A stretch of DNA of 28,884 nucleotides from Candidatus Limnocylindria bacterium (lineage in GTDB: Bacteria; Chloroflexota; Limnocylindria; P2-11E). Positions within the stretch are counted from its first letter, which is position 1, and the number at the start of each line of letters is the position of its first letter. This document shows, piece by piece, positions 17,211 to 25,173 of this stretch. The notes under the pieces were generated by a model. The model worked only from the letters and a program-made list of their open reading frames with translations. It did not search any database and was not told the origin of the DNA. A program made the position numbers and the translations under genes. Where the stretch lies: positions 1-28,884 of the forward strand of contig DASUSA010000101.1 of NCBI GenBank assembly GCA_036375335.1, in the 5' to 3' direction.

Positions 17211-17228
17211 CGTATTCTCAACTCCTCC

Positions 17229-17870
17229 ATGGACCTGACCTGGCTCGGTCACGCGTGCTTCCGGCTGCGTGGCCGCGAAGGTGTCGTGCTGACCGATCCA
17301 CCGGACCCCCGATCCGGGGCCGCCATCCCCAAGACCGCCGCCGACCTGGTGACTATCTCGAACGACGACCCCCGTCACAACAGCCTCCGGTCGGTCGGCG
17401 GGGAGCCGGTGGTCCTCCGCGGGCCTGGCGAGTACGAGGTGAAAGAGATCCTGGTGACCGGGATCGGCACGTTCCGCGACGACGAGAGCGGCGCCAAACG
17501 AGGCCGGAACACGATCTACGCGATCCGGCTGGACGACCTGGTGATCTGCCACCTCGGAGGCCTCGGTCACGTGCTCCCTACGGCCGACCTCGAGAAGCTC
17601 GGCGACATCGACGTGGCGCTCGTCCCGATCGGGGGCCACGATGAGGATCTCAGCGCGACTCAGGCGGCCGAGATCATCCACCAGCTCGAGCCGAAGGTCG
17701 TCGTGCCGATGTCCTACGACCCGGAGAGCAACAAGAAGGACAGCCCGTTCGAGCGGCTGCTGCACGAGCTCGGGGTGAAGGACATCACGCCCACCGCCAA
17801 GCTTTCGCTGTCGCGCAGCTCGCTCCCGGAGAACGTCCAAGTGGTGACGCTGGACTCGCGCGCCCGATAG
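17229..17870 (+). CDS. MBL-fold protein (Lactamase_B_3-like) with degenerate metal ligands
   Basis: MDLTWLGHACF.L...VLTDP, GPGEYEVK, G.NTIY, CHLG and D+ALVP+GG. The canonical His/Asp ligand positions are substituted. Confidence 0.85.
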   Translation: MDLTWLGHACFRLRGREGVVLTDPPDPRSGAAIPKTAADLVTISNDDPRHNSLRSVGGEPVVLRGPGEYEVKEILVTGIGTFRDDESGAKRGRNTIYAIRLDDLVICHLGGLGHVLPTADLEKLGDIDVALVPIGGHDEDLSATQAAEIIHQLEPKVVVPMSYDPESNKKDSPFERLLHELGVKDITPTAKLSLSRSSLPENVQVVTLDSRAR

Positions 17871-17901
17871 TGGCAGGCTGCCGCCCCGTAGGAGGGACGG
17901 C

Positions 17902-19128
17902 ATGATCGCAGACAGGGCTGTCTATCGCGCGTTCCAGATTGGCCTCGGGATCTTCACGCTGACCGCGCTCCTCGGCCTCGCGAATGCCACGCAGCTCTTC
18001 GGTGCGCTCGATCGGAACACCCTGCTCACGCATCTCCACTCGGGGACGCTCGGGTGGATCACGATGGGCGTCCTCGGTGTCGCGATCTGGATGTTCGGCG
18101 GTACCGGCGGCACGCTCGCGCGCAACGTAGGCATCACCGGGCTCACGACCGCGGCATACGTCCTCGCATTCTGGTCCGGCAACTTCATCGCGCGCGCCGT
18201 GTTCGGCGCGATCGAGCTGATCGTCATCTACGCCTGGTGGTGGTGGGTCATCGGGCGGTCACGGGCAGAGGGATTCGGCCGGATCGGCACGCCGAAGCTC
18301 TCGGTCGCGCTGGGCCTCACAACGCTCGTGATCGGCTCGACAATCGGCGTGATCGTGCAGGTGATGTTCGCGACGAACAACGTTTCCGACGCCACCAACG
18401 CGTCTATCGGTGCGCACGCCGGCGCGCAGGTCGGCGGCTATCTCGTTCTCGTCGGCGCGGGCATCGCTGAGTGGCGTTTACTCGGTGACGGCCCGCGTTC
18501 GCGAACCGCGACGGCGCAGGTCCTGTTCCTCTTCGTTGGCGGGATCCTGCTGGCGATCGGCATCTACACGAACCTCACTCCGCTGCTCGGGATCGCGACG
18601 CTACTTCAGGTCGTCGGGATCGTGATCGTGCTCGTGCGATTCGGCCGGCGGGCGATCACCGCCCCGTGGGGCGAGGCGACCGGCACGCGCCATATCGCCG
18701 CCGCACTGCTGTTCCTCGTCGTCGGGCTCGCCCTCGAGGTCCTCTTGGTGAAAGAGGCGGTCTCGGCGCCGGCCGGCGCGAGCGGGCCACCCGGCTCCCC
18801 GGGACTCAACCACGCGCTCGACCACGCGATGTTCGTCGCGCTCATGACGAACGCACTCTTCGGCTCGATCCTCTTGCTCACCGCGAACGGCCCTCGCACG
18901 TGGCCGTGGGCCGATCACGTGATCTTCTGGGGCCTCAACATCGGCGCCGCGTCGTTCATCGCGGTCCTGTTCTTCGTCGGATCGGGCGAGGGCGCGAAGC
19001 CCTTCACGCACCCGGTCTCGTTCACCGCGCCGATCATGGGTCTGTCGGCGCTCCTTGGGATCGTCACGCTCGCGATGCGTCTTGGTGCGGCACGCCGCGC
19101 CGTGCAGATGGTCGCGGCACCGGCGTAA
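17902..19128 (+). CDS. 12-TM membrane protein with intramembrane His, heme-copper-oxidase-subunit-I/NnrS-like fold (putative)
   Basis: SD AGGAGG. Twelve hydrophobic helices with His in helices 2 (THLHSGTLGW), 6 (AHAGAQVGGY) and 10 (HALDHAMF). Confidence 0.6.
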   Translation: MIADRAVYRAFQIGLGIFTLTALLGLANATQLFGALDRNTLLTHLHSGTLGWITMGVLGVAIWMFGGTGGTLARNVGITGLTTAAYVLAFWSGNFIARAVFGAIELIVIYAWWWWVIGRSRAEGFGRIGTPKLSVALGLTTLVIGSTIGVIVQVMFATNNVSDATNASIGAHAGAQVGGYLVLVGAGIAEWRLLGDGPRSRTATAQVLFLFVGGILLAIGIYTNLTPLLGIATLLQVVGIVIVLVRFGRRAITAPWGEATGTRHIAAALLFLVVGLALEVLLVKEAVSAPAGASGPPGSPGLNHALDHAMFVALMTNALFGSILLLTANGPRTWPWADHVIFWGLNIGAASFIAVLFFVGSGEGAKPFTHPVSFTAPIMGLSALLGIVTLAMRLGAARRAVQMVAAPA

Positions 19129-19145
19129 GCGCGGCGGCCCACATC

Positions 19146-19189
19146 GGGCGGCCGGGACCGGCTTCGCCGGCTCCGGCCGAGCCCCTTTC
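19146..19189 (+). terminator. Putative intrinsic terminator
   Basis: Long GC-rich stem GGGC-GGCCGGgaCCGGC-TTC-GCCGGctCCGGCC-ga-GCCC followed by CTTTC, 17 nt after the upstream stop. Confidence 0.6.
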
Positions 19190-19205
19190 AAAACGCACCA
19201 TCCGG

Positions 19206-19248
19206 TATACTTCTCATACGTCGTGTCGGGCGGACACGGCGACTTTTT
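19206..19248 (+). promoter_or_regulatory. -10 element (TATACT) plus leader hairpin/U-tract upstream of rplU
   Basis: TATACT 19206-19211. Stem CGTCGTGTC/GACACGGCG (19219-19241) followed by ACTTTTT. Confidence 0.5.
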
Positions 19249-19269
19249 CTGTACGGATGGTCCCCAACC

Positions 19270-19569
19270 GTGTACGCAGTCGTCCGCACTGGCGGGAAGC
19301 AATACCGGGTCGAAGAGGGCGCGATCCTGACCGTGGCCACCATTGAAGGGGAGCCCGGGAAGGAAGTGACCTTCGGCGACGTTCTGCTCTTGGCGGACGG
19401 CGACAACGTGAAGGACGCGGCGAAAGCCAAGGTCACCGGCGAGATCGTGGGTCACGGGAAGGGCGAGAAGATCATCGTCTTCCGTTACAAGAACAAGACC
19501 CGCTCCCGCAAGCGCACCGGCCACCGCTCCAAGACGACGACCGTCCGTATCACAAAGATCGAGGCATAA
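19270..19569 (+). CDS. rplU: 50S ribosomal protein L21
   Basis: MYAVVRTGGKQYRVEEG...KGEKII VFRYKNKTRSRKRTGHR...T.VRITKI. Confidence 0.97.
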   Translation: MYAVVRTGGKQYRVEEGAILTVATIEGEPGKEVTFGDVLLLADGDNVKDAAKAKVTGEIVGHGKGEKIIVFRYKNKTRSRKRTGHRSKTTTVRITKIEA

Positions 19570-19572
19570 GAG

Positions 19573-19833
19573 ATGGCACACAAAAAAGGAGCGGGTTCGA
19601 CCCGCAACGGCCGCGACTCCGCCGGGCAGCGGCTCGGCGTGAAGGAGTACGCGGGGAGCATCGTCGACGCCGGCGCGATCCTCGTGCGCCAGCGCGGCAC
19701 CAAGCTGATCGCCGGCGAGAATGTCGGCATCGGCAAGGACCACACACTGTTCGCGCTCGTCGCGGGAACGGTGAAGTACAGCCCGGCACGGGACGATCGC
19801 CGCAAGGTGAACGTCACACCCAACGCGAGCTAA
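19573..19833 (+). CDS. rpmA: 50S ribosomal protein L27
   Basis: [24 protein letters not shown]...RQRGTK...GKDHTLFA. Confidence 0.98.
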   Translation: MAHKKGAGSTRNGRDSAGQRLGVKEYAGSIVDAGAILVRQRGTKLIAGENVGIGKDHTLFALVAGTVKYSPARDDRRKVNVTPNAS

Positions 19834-19845
19834 GGAGACCCAGCG

Positions 19846-20088
19846 ATGAAAGCAAAGATCCACCCCCAGTACGTCGAGGCCACGGTGTCGTGCGCCTGCG
19901 GCAATCAATTCAAGACGGTGAGCACGAAGCCGGAGCTCCACGTGGAGGTCTGCGCGAAGTGCCACCCATTCTTCACCGGCAAGCAGCACCTCATCGACGT
20001 GCAGGGCCGCGTCGAGCGCTTCAACAAGCGCTACGGCCAGCAGAAGGCGGAGCAGCCGGCCGGGTCGGAGGCCGCTCCCACGCGTTAG
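19846..20088 (+). CDS. rpmE: 50S ribosomal protein L31 (Zn-binding type)
   Basis: MKAKIHPQY...CACG...[14 protein letters not shown]...[10 protein letters not shown], with four Cys retained. Confidence 0.97.
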   Translation: MKAKIHPQYVEATVSCACGNQFKTVSTKPELHVEVCAKCHPFFTGKQHLIDVQGRVERFNKRYGQQKAEQPAGSEAAPTR

Positions 20089-20689
20089 CGCCCGCCCGTC
20101 GTCGGGCCACCACCAGGGTGGGCTCGAAGTCGTCGTCGGGAGCATGTTCAGCGGAAAGAGCGAGGAGCTCATCCGTCGCGTGAAGCGCGCGGTCATCGCG
20201 CGCCGCACAGTGCAGGTCTTCAAGCCCGCCATCGACGATCGCTTCAGCAGCGAGCACGTCCGCTCGCACGACGGTGACTCGTTCGACGCGCGGCCTGTGC
20301 GCTCGAGCGCCGAGATTCTCCCCTTGCTGGAGCCCGAGACGAGCGTGGTCGGCGTGGATGAAGTCCAGTTCTTCGATGCCGGCATCGTCCAGGTCGTCCG
20401 CGCCCTCGTCCTCGATGGCCGCAGGGTGATCTGCGCGGGGCTCGATCTCGACTTCCGCGGCGAGCCGTTCGGTCCGGTGCCGACGCTGCTCGCACTCGCT
20501 GAGCGCGTCGACAAGCTCGAGGCGATCTGCGTGGTCTGCGGCGAGTCGGCGACCCGCACGCAGCGGATCGTGAACGGCGTTCCCGCGGACTACGACGATC
20601 CGATCATCGTCATCGGCGCGCAGGAGGCCTACGAGGCGCGCTGCCGGACGTGCCACACCGTGCCGCGGCGCGCGACGGCGCGCGCATGA
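20084..20689 (+). CDS. tdk: Thymidine kinase (start codon unresolved; first ATG at 20144 is inside the P-loop)
   Basis: [50 protein letters not shown] and YEARCRTCH. No in-frame ATG/GTG/TTG between rpmE and the P-loop. Confidence 0.88.
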   Translation, partial: VSARPSSGHHQGGLEVVVGSMFSGKSEELIRRVKRAVIARRTVQVFKPAIDDRFSSEHVRSHDGDSFDARPVRSSAEILPLLEPETSVVGVDEVQFFDAGIVQVVRALVLDGRRVICAGLDLDFRGEPFGPVPTLLALAERVDKLEAICVVCGESATRTQRIVNGVPADYDDPIIVIGAQEAYEARCRTCHTVPRRATARA

Positions 20690-21564
20690 GCGCGCGGCCT
20701 GCGAACTATGGCGGCCAGGCGGTCATCGAGGGCGTCATGATCCGTGGCCGCCGCACAATCGCGCTCGCCTGCCGGAAGCCGGATGGCGGCATCTACCGCT
20801 ACCGCGAGGCCCTCGATTCGCCGCTCCTCACCTCAACAGTCGCGCGGGCGCCCTTCGTCCGCGGTGTGTTCGTCCTCTGGGAGTCGCTCAGCTACGGAAT
20901 GCGGATGCTGATGCGCTCGGCCGACGTGCAGCTCGCCGCTGAGGAGCAGCAGCTCCGGACCGGCGGCAGCTCGGCGTTCATGGCGGTCGGACTCATCGTC
21001 GCGCTTCTCCTGTTCATCGGCGTCCCCTACCTCGCGACCGGTCTGCTGCGCTCGGCGATCCCTTCGCCGCTGTGGCTGAACATCGCGGAGGGGCTGCTTC
21101 GGCTTGCGCTCCTGCTCGGCTACCTCGTGGCGATCTCGTTCGTGCCGGACATCCGGCGGGTGTTCGCGTATCACGGTGCTGAGCACATGACCATCCACGC
21201 ATTCGAGCACGGCGATCCGCTCGATGCCGCGCACGTGGCTCCCTACCCGACCGCGCATCCGCGGTGTGGGACCGCGTTCTTGCTGTTGGTCGTGGTCATC
21301 GCGATCGCCGTCTTCGCCTTCGTGCCGCGCGTGAACCTGATCGTCGATCTGCTCGTGCGGCTCGTGCTCGTGATCCCAGTCGCGTCCATCTCCTACGAGG
21401 TGCTGCGACTTGGGGCCGGGCACGAGGACAATGCCCTCATGCGGCTCGCCGTGGCGCCCGGTCTGCTGCTGCAGGCGATCACGACCCGGCGCCCCGACAC
21501 GCCGATGATCGAGGTGGCCATTGCGTCCCTCGAGGAAGCGCTCGCGGGGGACGCGGCGGCATGA
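20686..21564 (+). CDS. DUF1385-family membrane protein (putative metal-dependent)
   Basis: [49 protein letters not shown] and PGL.LQ.ITT..P. ATGA overlap with tdk. Confidence 0.9.
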   Translation: MSARPANYGGQAVIEGVMIRGRRTIALACRKPDGGIYRYREALDSPLLTSTVARAPFVRGVFVLWESLSYGMRMLMRSADVQLAAEEQQLRTGGSSAFMAVGLIVALLLFIGVPYLATGLLRSAIPSPLWLNIAEGLLRLALLLGYLVAISFVPDIRRVFAYHGAEHMTIHAFEHGDPLDAAHVAPYPTAHPRCGTAFLLLVVVIAIAVFAFVPRVNLIVDLLVRLVLVIPVASISYEVLRLGAGHEDNALMRLAVAPGLLLQAITTRRPDTPMIEVAIASLEEALAGDAAA

Positions 21565-22658
21565 CCGAGCTCTCCCCGAAGCTGCGGGGCCGCCTCGCCC
21601 AGATCGAGTCTCGCCACCGCGAGCTCGGTGAGGCCATGAGCGATCCGAGCGTCACGGGCGACCGCGACAAGCTGCGCACCGTCGGTCAGGAGTACGCGTC
21701 GCTCGAGGCAATCGTCGACACGATCGCGAGGTTGCGCGATGCCGAGAAGCGTGTCGCCGACGCCCGCGAGCTGCAGGAGGGTGACGACGCGGACCTGCGC
21801 GACCTCGCGCACGAAGAGGAGGGCACCGCGGCCCTCGAGGTCGATCGGCTGACCGACAAGCTCCGGACTCAGCTCATCCCGCGCGATCCGCTCGACGATA
21901 AGAACGTCATCGTCGAGATCCGCGCGGGCGAGGGCGGGGAAGAGGCCGCGCTGTTCGCGGGCGAGCTCTACAAGATGTACCTCCGCTACGCCGAGCGTCA
22001 TCGCTGGAAGGCCGAGGAGCTGTCAGCGAGCCGTTCCGAGAAGGGCGGCTACAAGGAAGTCATTTTCCGCATCGCCGGGCAGGGCGCGTACAGCCGGCTG
22101 AAGTTCGAGTCCGGCGTGCATCGGGTCCAGCGGGTTCCCGCCACCGAGGCCCAGGGCCGGATCCACACGTCCACCGCGACCGTCGCGGTGCTGCCCGAGG
22201 CCGAGGAGGTCGACATCCAGATCAACGACGACGACCTGAAGATCGACGTGTACCGCGCCGGCGGCAAGGGCGGCCAGGGGGTGAACACCACGGACTCAGC
22301 GGTCCGGATCACGCACCTGCCGACGGGGGAGGTCGTGATCCAGCAGGACGAGCGGTCGCAGATGAAGAACAAGGCCAAGGCGATGACGGTCCTGCGCGCT
22401 CGGCTCTTCGCGCGAGCGCAGGAGGAGAAGGACGCCAAGGCCGGCGCGCTGCGCAATTCCCAGATCGGTCGCGGCGAGCGCTCCGAGAAGATGCGCACGT
22501 ACAACTTCCCGCAGGACCGGCTCACCGACAAGCGGCTCGGCCACAACCTCTCGAACCTGCCGCGCCGCATGGATGGGGAGCTCGACGATCTCGTCGAGGC
22601 GCTCATGCAAGCCGACGAAGCCGACCGGCTCGCGTCGCTCGAGGCCGGCGAAGAGTGA
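21561..22658 (+). CDS. prfA: Peptide chain release factor 1
   Basis: EIRAGEGGEEAALF, LKFESGVHRVQRVPAT (RF1 PxT), GGQGVNTTDSAVR and RTYNFPQDRLTD. ATGA overlap sets the start at 21561. Confidence 0.97.
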   Translation: MTELSPKLRGRLAQIESRHRELGEAMSDPSVTGDRDKLRTVGQEYASLEAIVDTIARLRDAEKRVADARELQEGDDADLRDLAHEEEGTAALEVDRLTDKLRTQLIPRDPLDDKNVIVEIRAGEGGEEAALFAGELYKMYLRYAERHRWKAEELSASRSEKGGYKEVIFRIAGQGAYSRLKFESGVHRVQRVPATEAQGRIHTSTATVAVLPEAEEVDIQINDDDLKIDVYRAGGKGGQGVNTTDSAVRITHLPTGEVVIQQDERSQMKNKAKAMTVLRARLFARAQEEKDAKAGALRNSQIGRGERSEKMRTYNFPQDRLTDKRLGHNLSNLPRRMDGELDDLVEALMQADEADRLASLEAGEE

Positions 22659-23578
22659 GCCCGTACCGGTTCGTCATCGAGCCGGACGCCGCGTTCTCGC
22701 TCGATGCCGCGGCGTCGTTCGGATTCGGGCCGCACACGGGTCGCCCGAAACCGGACGGAGATCGCATGCGGCTCGCGTTCGTCGTCGATGGCTACCGCGA
22801 GCACGCCGGCGTCGTCCTGCAGCAACGGGGCGGGACGATCGAGGCGACCGTCGATGGCGCGCGCGGCGCACCGATCGAGCGCCAGGTGCGGCGGATCCTC
22901 TCTCTCGATCACCCGGGTCGCGACTGGCTGGTCGTGGGGACGCGTGATCCGGTGATCGGCGGACTGCAGCAAGCGCATCCGGGACTGCGCCCGGTGCTGT
23001 TCCACTCGCCGTACGAGGCGGCCGCGTGGTCGATCATCTCGGCCCGGAAGCCGCGCGCGTACGCCGCGGCGCTCCGAACGAAGCTTGCGTCGGCGCAGGG
23101 CAGGGTGTTCACCCTCGCCGACGAGGAGCTCGCTGCGTTCCCGCTTCCCGAGAAGCTGGCGTCGTTGCGGTCATTCCCAGGGATCGATGCGACGCGCATG
23201 ACCCGGCTGCGCGCCGTCGCGCGGGCCGCCCTGGACGGGCTGCTCGATGCGGCACACCTCGCCGCGGTCGCGCCGGATGTGGCCCGGGCCGAGCTCGAGA
23301 CGCTGCCCGGGATCGGCCCGTTCTACGCGGACCTCGTGCTCGTGCGCGCTACCGGTCTTACCGATCTCCTTCCCCGGAACGAGCCGATGCTGCTGTCCTA
23401 CGTCGGTCACTTCTACGCGAACGGCACGCCGGTCGACATGACGAGGCTCGAGGCGATCGCGGAGGGCTGGCGGCCGTTCCGCACCTGGGCGATCGTTCTC
23501 ATCCGCGTCGCTGGCGATCGCGCCGGGCTTCCGGTCGAGAAGCGCGTTCGGCAGGGGCGCGCGAGAATGCGCTCATGA
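22655..23578 (+). CDS. HhH-GPD DNA-3-methyladenine glycosylase II (AlkA-like)
   Basis: GLRPVLFHSPYEAAAWSIIS, AFPLPE, HhH motif LPGIGPFYADLVLVRA and W.PFRTW. GTGA overlap with prfA. Confidence 0.85.
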   Translation: MSPYRFVIEPDAAFSLDAAASFGFGPHTGRPKPDGDRMRLAFVVDGYREHAGVVLQQRGGTIEATVDGARGAPIERQVRRILSLDHPGRDWLVVGTRDPVIGGLQQAHPGLRPVLFHSPYEAAAWSIISARKPRAYAAALRTKLASAQGRVFTLADEELAAFPLPEKLASLRSFPGIDATRMTRLRAVARAALDGLLDAAHLAAVAPDVARAELETLPGIGPFYADLVLVRATGLTDLLPRNEPMLLSYVGHFYANGTPVDMTRLEAIAEGWRPFRTWAIVLIRVAGDRAGLPVEKRVRQGRARMRS

Positions 23579-24045
23579 AGACCGACGACCTTCGCTATGA
23601 CGAAGACGCCGCGTTCACGCTGGCTGACGATGCGGCCACGATCTCGGCGCTCGTCCGGCGCACCCCCGATGATCGGCTGCGCGCCGTCAAGATCGGCGAC
23701 TGGACTGCCAAGGAGGTCATCGGCCACATCACCGACATGGCCGAGGTGTACGCGGAGCGGGTCCGCCGCTGCGTCGCCGAGGACCGGCCGGCGCTGCCGA
23801 ACGTCGACCAAGACGCGGTCCATGCCGAGCGCAAGAACAACGCGGCCGACGCCATGGCCCTGTCGAAGCGCCTGCAAGCCGCGCACACCGCGATCGTGCA
23901 GACGCTCCAGCGCCCTGGCGCACGCGACCGGATCGGTGTCCATTCCGAGCGCGGCCCGCTGACCGCAGGCTGGATCGCTGCGTACCACTCGCGCCACTCG
24001 CACGAGCACGTCGCGGAGCTGCAGCCGCACTTCCCCCCGCGCTAG
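23575..24045 (+). CDS. DinB-superfamily protein
   Basis: WTAKEVIGHITD, LP.VDQD, R.G.HSERG.LT and C-terminal YHSRHSHEH (His-triad pattern). ATGA overlap. Confidence 0.85.
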   Translation: MKTDDLRYDEDAAFTLADDAATISALVRRTPDDRLRAVKIGDWTAKEVIGHITDMAEVYAERVRRCVAEDRPALPNVDQDAVHAERKNNAADAMALSKRLQAAHTAIVQTLQRPGARDRIGVHSERGPLTAGWIAAYHSRHSHEHVAELQPHFPPR

Positions 24046-24392
24046 ACCGTCAGGCGCTCCACCGCCGCGAGCAACTCCTCCATCTCGAACGGCTTGATCA
24101 GCACTTCATTCGCCACCGCCGCCAGCTCGCAGTCAGCCTTCGCCGCACCGTGCGCGGTGAGCACGAGCACCGGCGCGCCCGTGCGAGCGCGTGCGTCGCG
24201 GACCGTCCGGATGGCCGCCGCACTGTCGTAGCCCCTCTCGGCGAGCAGATCGGTGATCACAAGCGAGGGTCCAGGACCATCCGGCATGCGGTTTGGGGAG
24301 TCGAGGATCGTGACGGAATATGAGTCCTCGAGCATCATTTGGATCAGTTCGGCGATGGCTCGATCGTCCTCGATCACGAGCACCGACTTCAC
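24042..24392 (-). CDS. Single-domain response regulator (receiver only)
   Basis: VLVIEDD, LVITDL (phospho-acceptor Asp), VLTAH and IKPF. GTG 24392 has the SD GGAGA. Confidence 0.88.
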   Translation of the reverse strand: MKSVLVIEDDRAIAELIQMMLEDSYSVTILDSPNRMPDGPGPSLVITDLLAERGYDSAAAIRTVRDARARTGAPVLVLTAHGAAKADCELAAVANEVLIKPFEMEELLAAVERLTV

Positions 24393-24499
24393 TTCAGTCT
24401 CCCCGCCTTGGTCGTGTCGCCCGTGCACATGGAACGGCGAGTAGCGTGTGGTGGCCAGATACGGCTTGCCGTACGTGGGTCTGGCGAGGGAGCGCTCGG

Positions 24500-25153
24500 A
24501 TGGTGGCGGCGGAGAAGCGCCCTGGGCTGACCGAGCGGCAGCTCGAGGTGGTCCAGCTCGTCGCGCGTGGGTTCGCCAACAAGCAGATCGCCGGCGCGCT
24601 CTCGATCAGCGAACGGGCGGTCGAGGCGATGCTCACGCGCGTCTACGAACGCCTGGACGTGGCGAGCCGGAGCGCGCTCATCGCCCTCGCGCTGTCGGAG
24701 GCAGGGTTCGGGCTCGCAGTCGCCCGGCGCACGCCACGTCCCTCCGAGCTGGGTGCGCTCGGTGCGCCGCGCTCGCTGGAGGAGGAGGCGCGGGCATACG
24801 AGAGCGCGCCGTTCATGGTCGCGGTGAGCCAGGGTCCGGACCATCGCTACACCTTCGTGAACCGCATCGCCGCGGAGGTCGCCGGCCGCGCTGCTGACAC
24901 GCTCGTCGGCCGGACCGTCCGCGAGATCTATCCCGACCTCGACTCGGCATTCGGTTCCGCGCTCGATGAGGCCTATCGGACGGGTCGGCCATGGTCGAGC
25001 GGTGTCCCGGCCTCCGTCCGCTGGACCCACGACGACGGCTCAGTGCGCGACAGCCGAGTGAACCTCATCTTCCAACCGCTGCGCGACGCGTCGGGCGCGA
25101 TCGTCGGACTCTTGCACATCGGCGCAGAGGAGGCGCCAGAACCTAAGTCGTAG
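24500..25153 (+). CDS. Transcriptional regulator: N-terminal LuxR-type HTH + C-terminal PAS domain
   Basis: LTERQLEVVQLVARGFANKQIAGALSISERAVEAML..VYERL (LuxR HTH), then APFMVAV..GPDHRYTFVN...LVGRTVRE.YP...FQPLRDASGAIVGLL (PAS_4-like). SD GAGGGAG. Confidence 0.85.
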   Translation: MVAAEKRPGLTERQLEVVQLVARGFANKQIAGALSISERAVEAMLTRVYERLDVASRSALIALALSEAGFGLAVARRTPRPSELGALGAPRSLEEEARAYESAPFMVAVSQGPDHRYTFVNRIAAEVAGRAADTLVGRTVREIYPDLDSAFGSALDEAYRTGRPWSSGVPASVRWTHDDGSVRDSRVNLIFQPLRDASGAIVGLLHIGAEEAPEPKS

Positions 25154-25173
25154 TCCTGGCGTACTACTTAGGC

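Noticed and set aside
17872-17902. Hairpin partly covering the SD of the 12-TM gene (thermometer/riboswitch idea)
   Set aside because: The stem is short and interrupted, expected by chance at this GC content, and the leader is too short for a known aptamer.
20107-20125. A +1 frameshift restoring 'GWLEV' in tdk (GGG TGG g CTC)
   Set aside because: The alternative upstream frame runs into the rpmE stop with no start codon, so it does not solve the missing start. HHQGGLEV is plausible in the existing frame.
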